Shown here in pieces: positions 62,014 through 64,000 of a stretch of DNA of 64,000 nucleotides. The notes beneath the pieces were generated by a model, which worked only from the letters and a program-made list of their open reading frames with translations, did not search any database and was not told the origin of the DNA. The stretch comes from Octopus sinensis. Lineage: Eukaryota. The stretch covers positions 17,360,001-17,424,000 of the forward strand of contig NC_043021.1 of assembly GCF_006345805.1 (NCBI RefSeq), in the 5' to 3' direction. The number at the start of each line of letters is the position of its first letter. Within the stretch, counting starts at the first letter, position 1. The position numbers and the translations under genes were made by a program.

Positions 62014-64000
62014 AATGGAGTTCCTTACATAATTTCTTGTTCCTCTGTTAATAACTTACATTCTTATCATCTTCTGTACATAATTAATGCTTTTTTTCTG
62101 AAGCATATGTATATTGTGTTCTAACACCATATTTATTAGTATCACTATACCGAAACAAAAGAAAAACTGTTTTACATCAAACTGAAGGAGTACTCAATAC
62201 ATCTGGTAGAGTACATAAATTTATTATTCTTTAACAGTATTGACAGTGACTTCGAAGTCTTAGCCAGCTAAGCCATCATTGGATTGCCAATACTATTCTT
62301 GTTAACAAATTATATACATATATATATATATATTCTTTTACTTGTTTCTGTCATTTGACTGCGGCCATGCTGGAGCACCACCCTGAAGGATTTTAGTCAA
62401 ACAAATCAACCCAAGGACTTACTTTTTTAAAAGCCTCGAACATATTCTATCGATCGCTTTTGCTGAACCGCTTCTTTCAGTTTACCAAATCCACTCACAA
62501 GGCTTTGGTCGACCCGAGGCTTTAGTAGAAGACACATGCCCAAGGTGCCATGCAGTGGGACTGAACCTGGAACGATGTGGGTGGAAAGCAAGCTTCTTAC
62601 CACACAGCCACGCTTGTGCCTACACACACACACACACACATATATATGTATATAAAATGGATCTTAGAATTTCTGATCAAGAGGTTGAAGAAGCCTGTAT
62701 ATGGTTGAGTACCCCACAGATTCGTGTCTTTAATATCATTCTCAGGGGAAATTTGTGAGACAGTGTGACAAAGTTGGACATTAGAATTAAACGACATAAT
62801 GCACGTGGCAGGCTTCCATACAGTTTCCTACAGCAAATCCTATCATGAAAGCTACCCCAAGATTAACAACTTCATCACATCAATAGATCCTCTAAGTGTT
62901 CGGTTGACTTGCTAAAAACAGTAGCCAAGTCTCTCCCCACCAAATTATACGCTACCTACTATATTGGGTCAAAACTTGAAAGAAGGACACACATTAGATA
63001 ATGTAATCCAGGTGCACTGTGCCTCGAAAAAAAGGACAGGGTGGTCGTAATTGGAGTGCTTTTTCTTTTTTTCAGAAGTGTGCTTAATCAGAGCCCAACA
63101 ACAACCAGCATTGTGTATCTTGGACTACGTTACTTAGTATAGCATCCCTAGAAGATGGATAGGGAATTATCTGAGGTGTTCTAGCTGTTATTTCAAGCTG
63201 ATCAAGCAATTATATAGAGGCTCCGACTGCCTTCTGCTGTTATTTAGCCCCAGCAAGACTTCGCGTACACAGGCGTTTCATCGGTGACCATCCCATCCGA
63301 TCTTTTATGCAAACTTAATACATCTACATATATATATTACCCCGCCGCCCATTTTTTTAATGACGGACGGTAAAGGGGGTTTTCGCCGATGGAGATTTGA
63401 CTGCTCTTTCTAGCGGTGAGTGAGTGGCTAGCAACAGCAACAATAGTCCCTCTCTATTACTGGACCATCCGACCAACCGTCCGACCGACCAGACGGTTAT
63501 TCGTCCCTCTCCGCGCCACCGTCCCTCCTCCCTTCATCACCAAACGGAAACCACACGCACCCACACACATATACATACATACATACATACATACATACAA
63601 TCACACACATACACCACGTAACGTGTATGGACATGCTATGAAAAGAGAGGAGGAGGGGAAAGGAACAGTGGTAGGAGGAAGGACAAGTATTTATAATATC
63701 AACACTCCTCCCCCACCCTCCCCCTACCCCAAACACCCCCTGTGAGAGAACCTCTACGTCGTGTCGAGGGACTCGCTAGAAATAGCAGTCCAACCTCCCT
63801 CAAAACCACACATACACAACTGTCTTGAATGAAGGCAGACACATTAGGTAATGTAGTAGGTACGTGGTTCTTAGAGACCCCGGGGGGGAAAAGCTGTTAT
63901 CCTCCCATGCTGGAATAGTTTTGATCATAGCTAAACAGCAGGCCCCTACATAGCTTTTTTGGCCAGCTAAAAACAACAGTCGCTTTTAAGACTGGCATAT

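Overview
AT-rich, microsatellite-dense eukaryotic DNA. The repeat content (tRNA-derived SINEs resembling, from memory, the octopus OK/OR families, plus CR1, RTE, R4, L1/Tx1 and mariner debris) points to a cephalopod, probably Octopus; this is inference. Two protein-coding genes are supportable, both on the minus strand with single-exon CDSs. One is a divergent TMEM45/DUF716-family membrane protein (2087-3067). The other is a ~704-aa low-complexity nuclear protein with PLDLS, LxxLL and CoRNR-like motifs (40856-42969), split by a 1-bp indel in an (AAT)n tract. Almost all other ORFs in the track are microsatellite or SINE artefacts. The main hidden signal is RNA-level: about 16 type I hammerhead ribozyme (HHR) or HHR-like motifs from several families. 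Five sit one per unit in a near-identical ~475-bp tandem array (32520-34995), resembling a retrozyme or Penelope pseudo-LTR array. A diverged dispersed relative (27914) shows compensatory stem changes, several HHRs have very long stem II insertions, and three fold-back palindromes are centred inside HHR motifs. All structures were read by eye; no folding program or database search was run.
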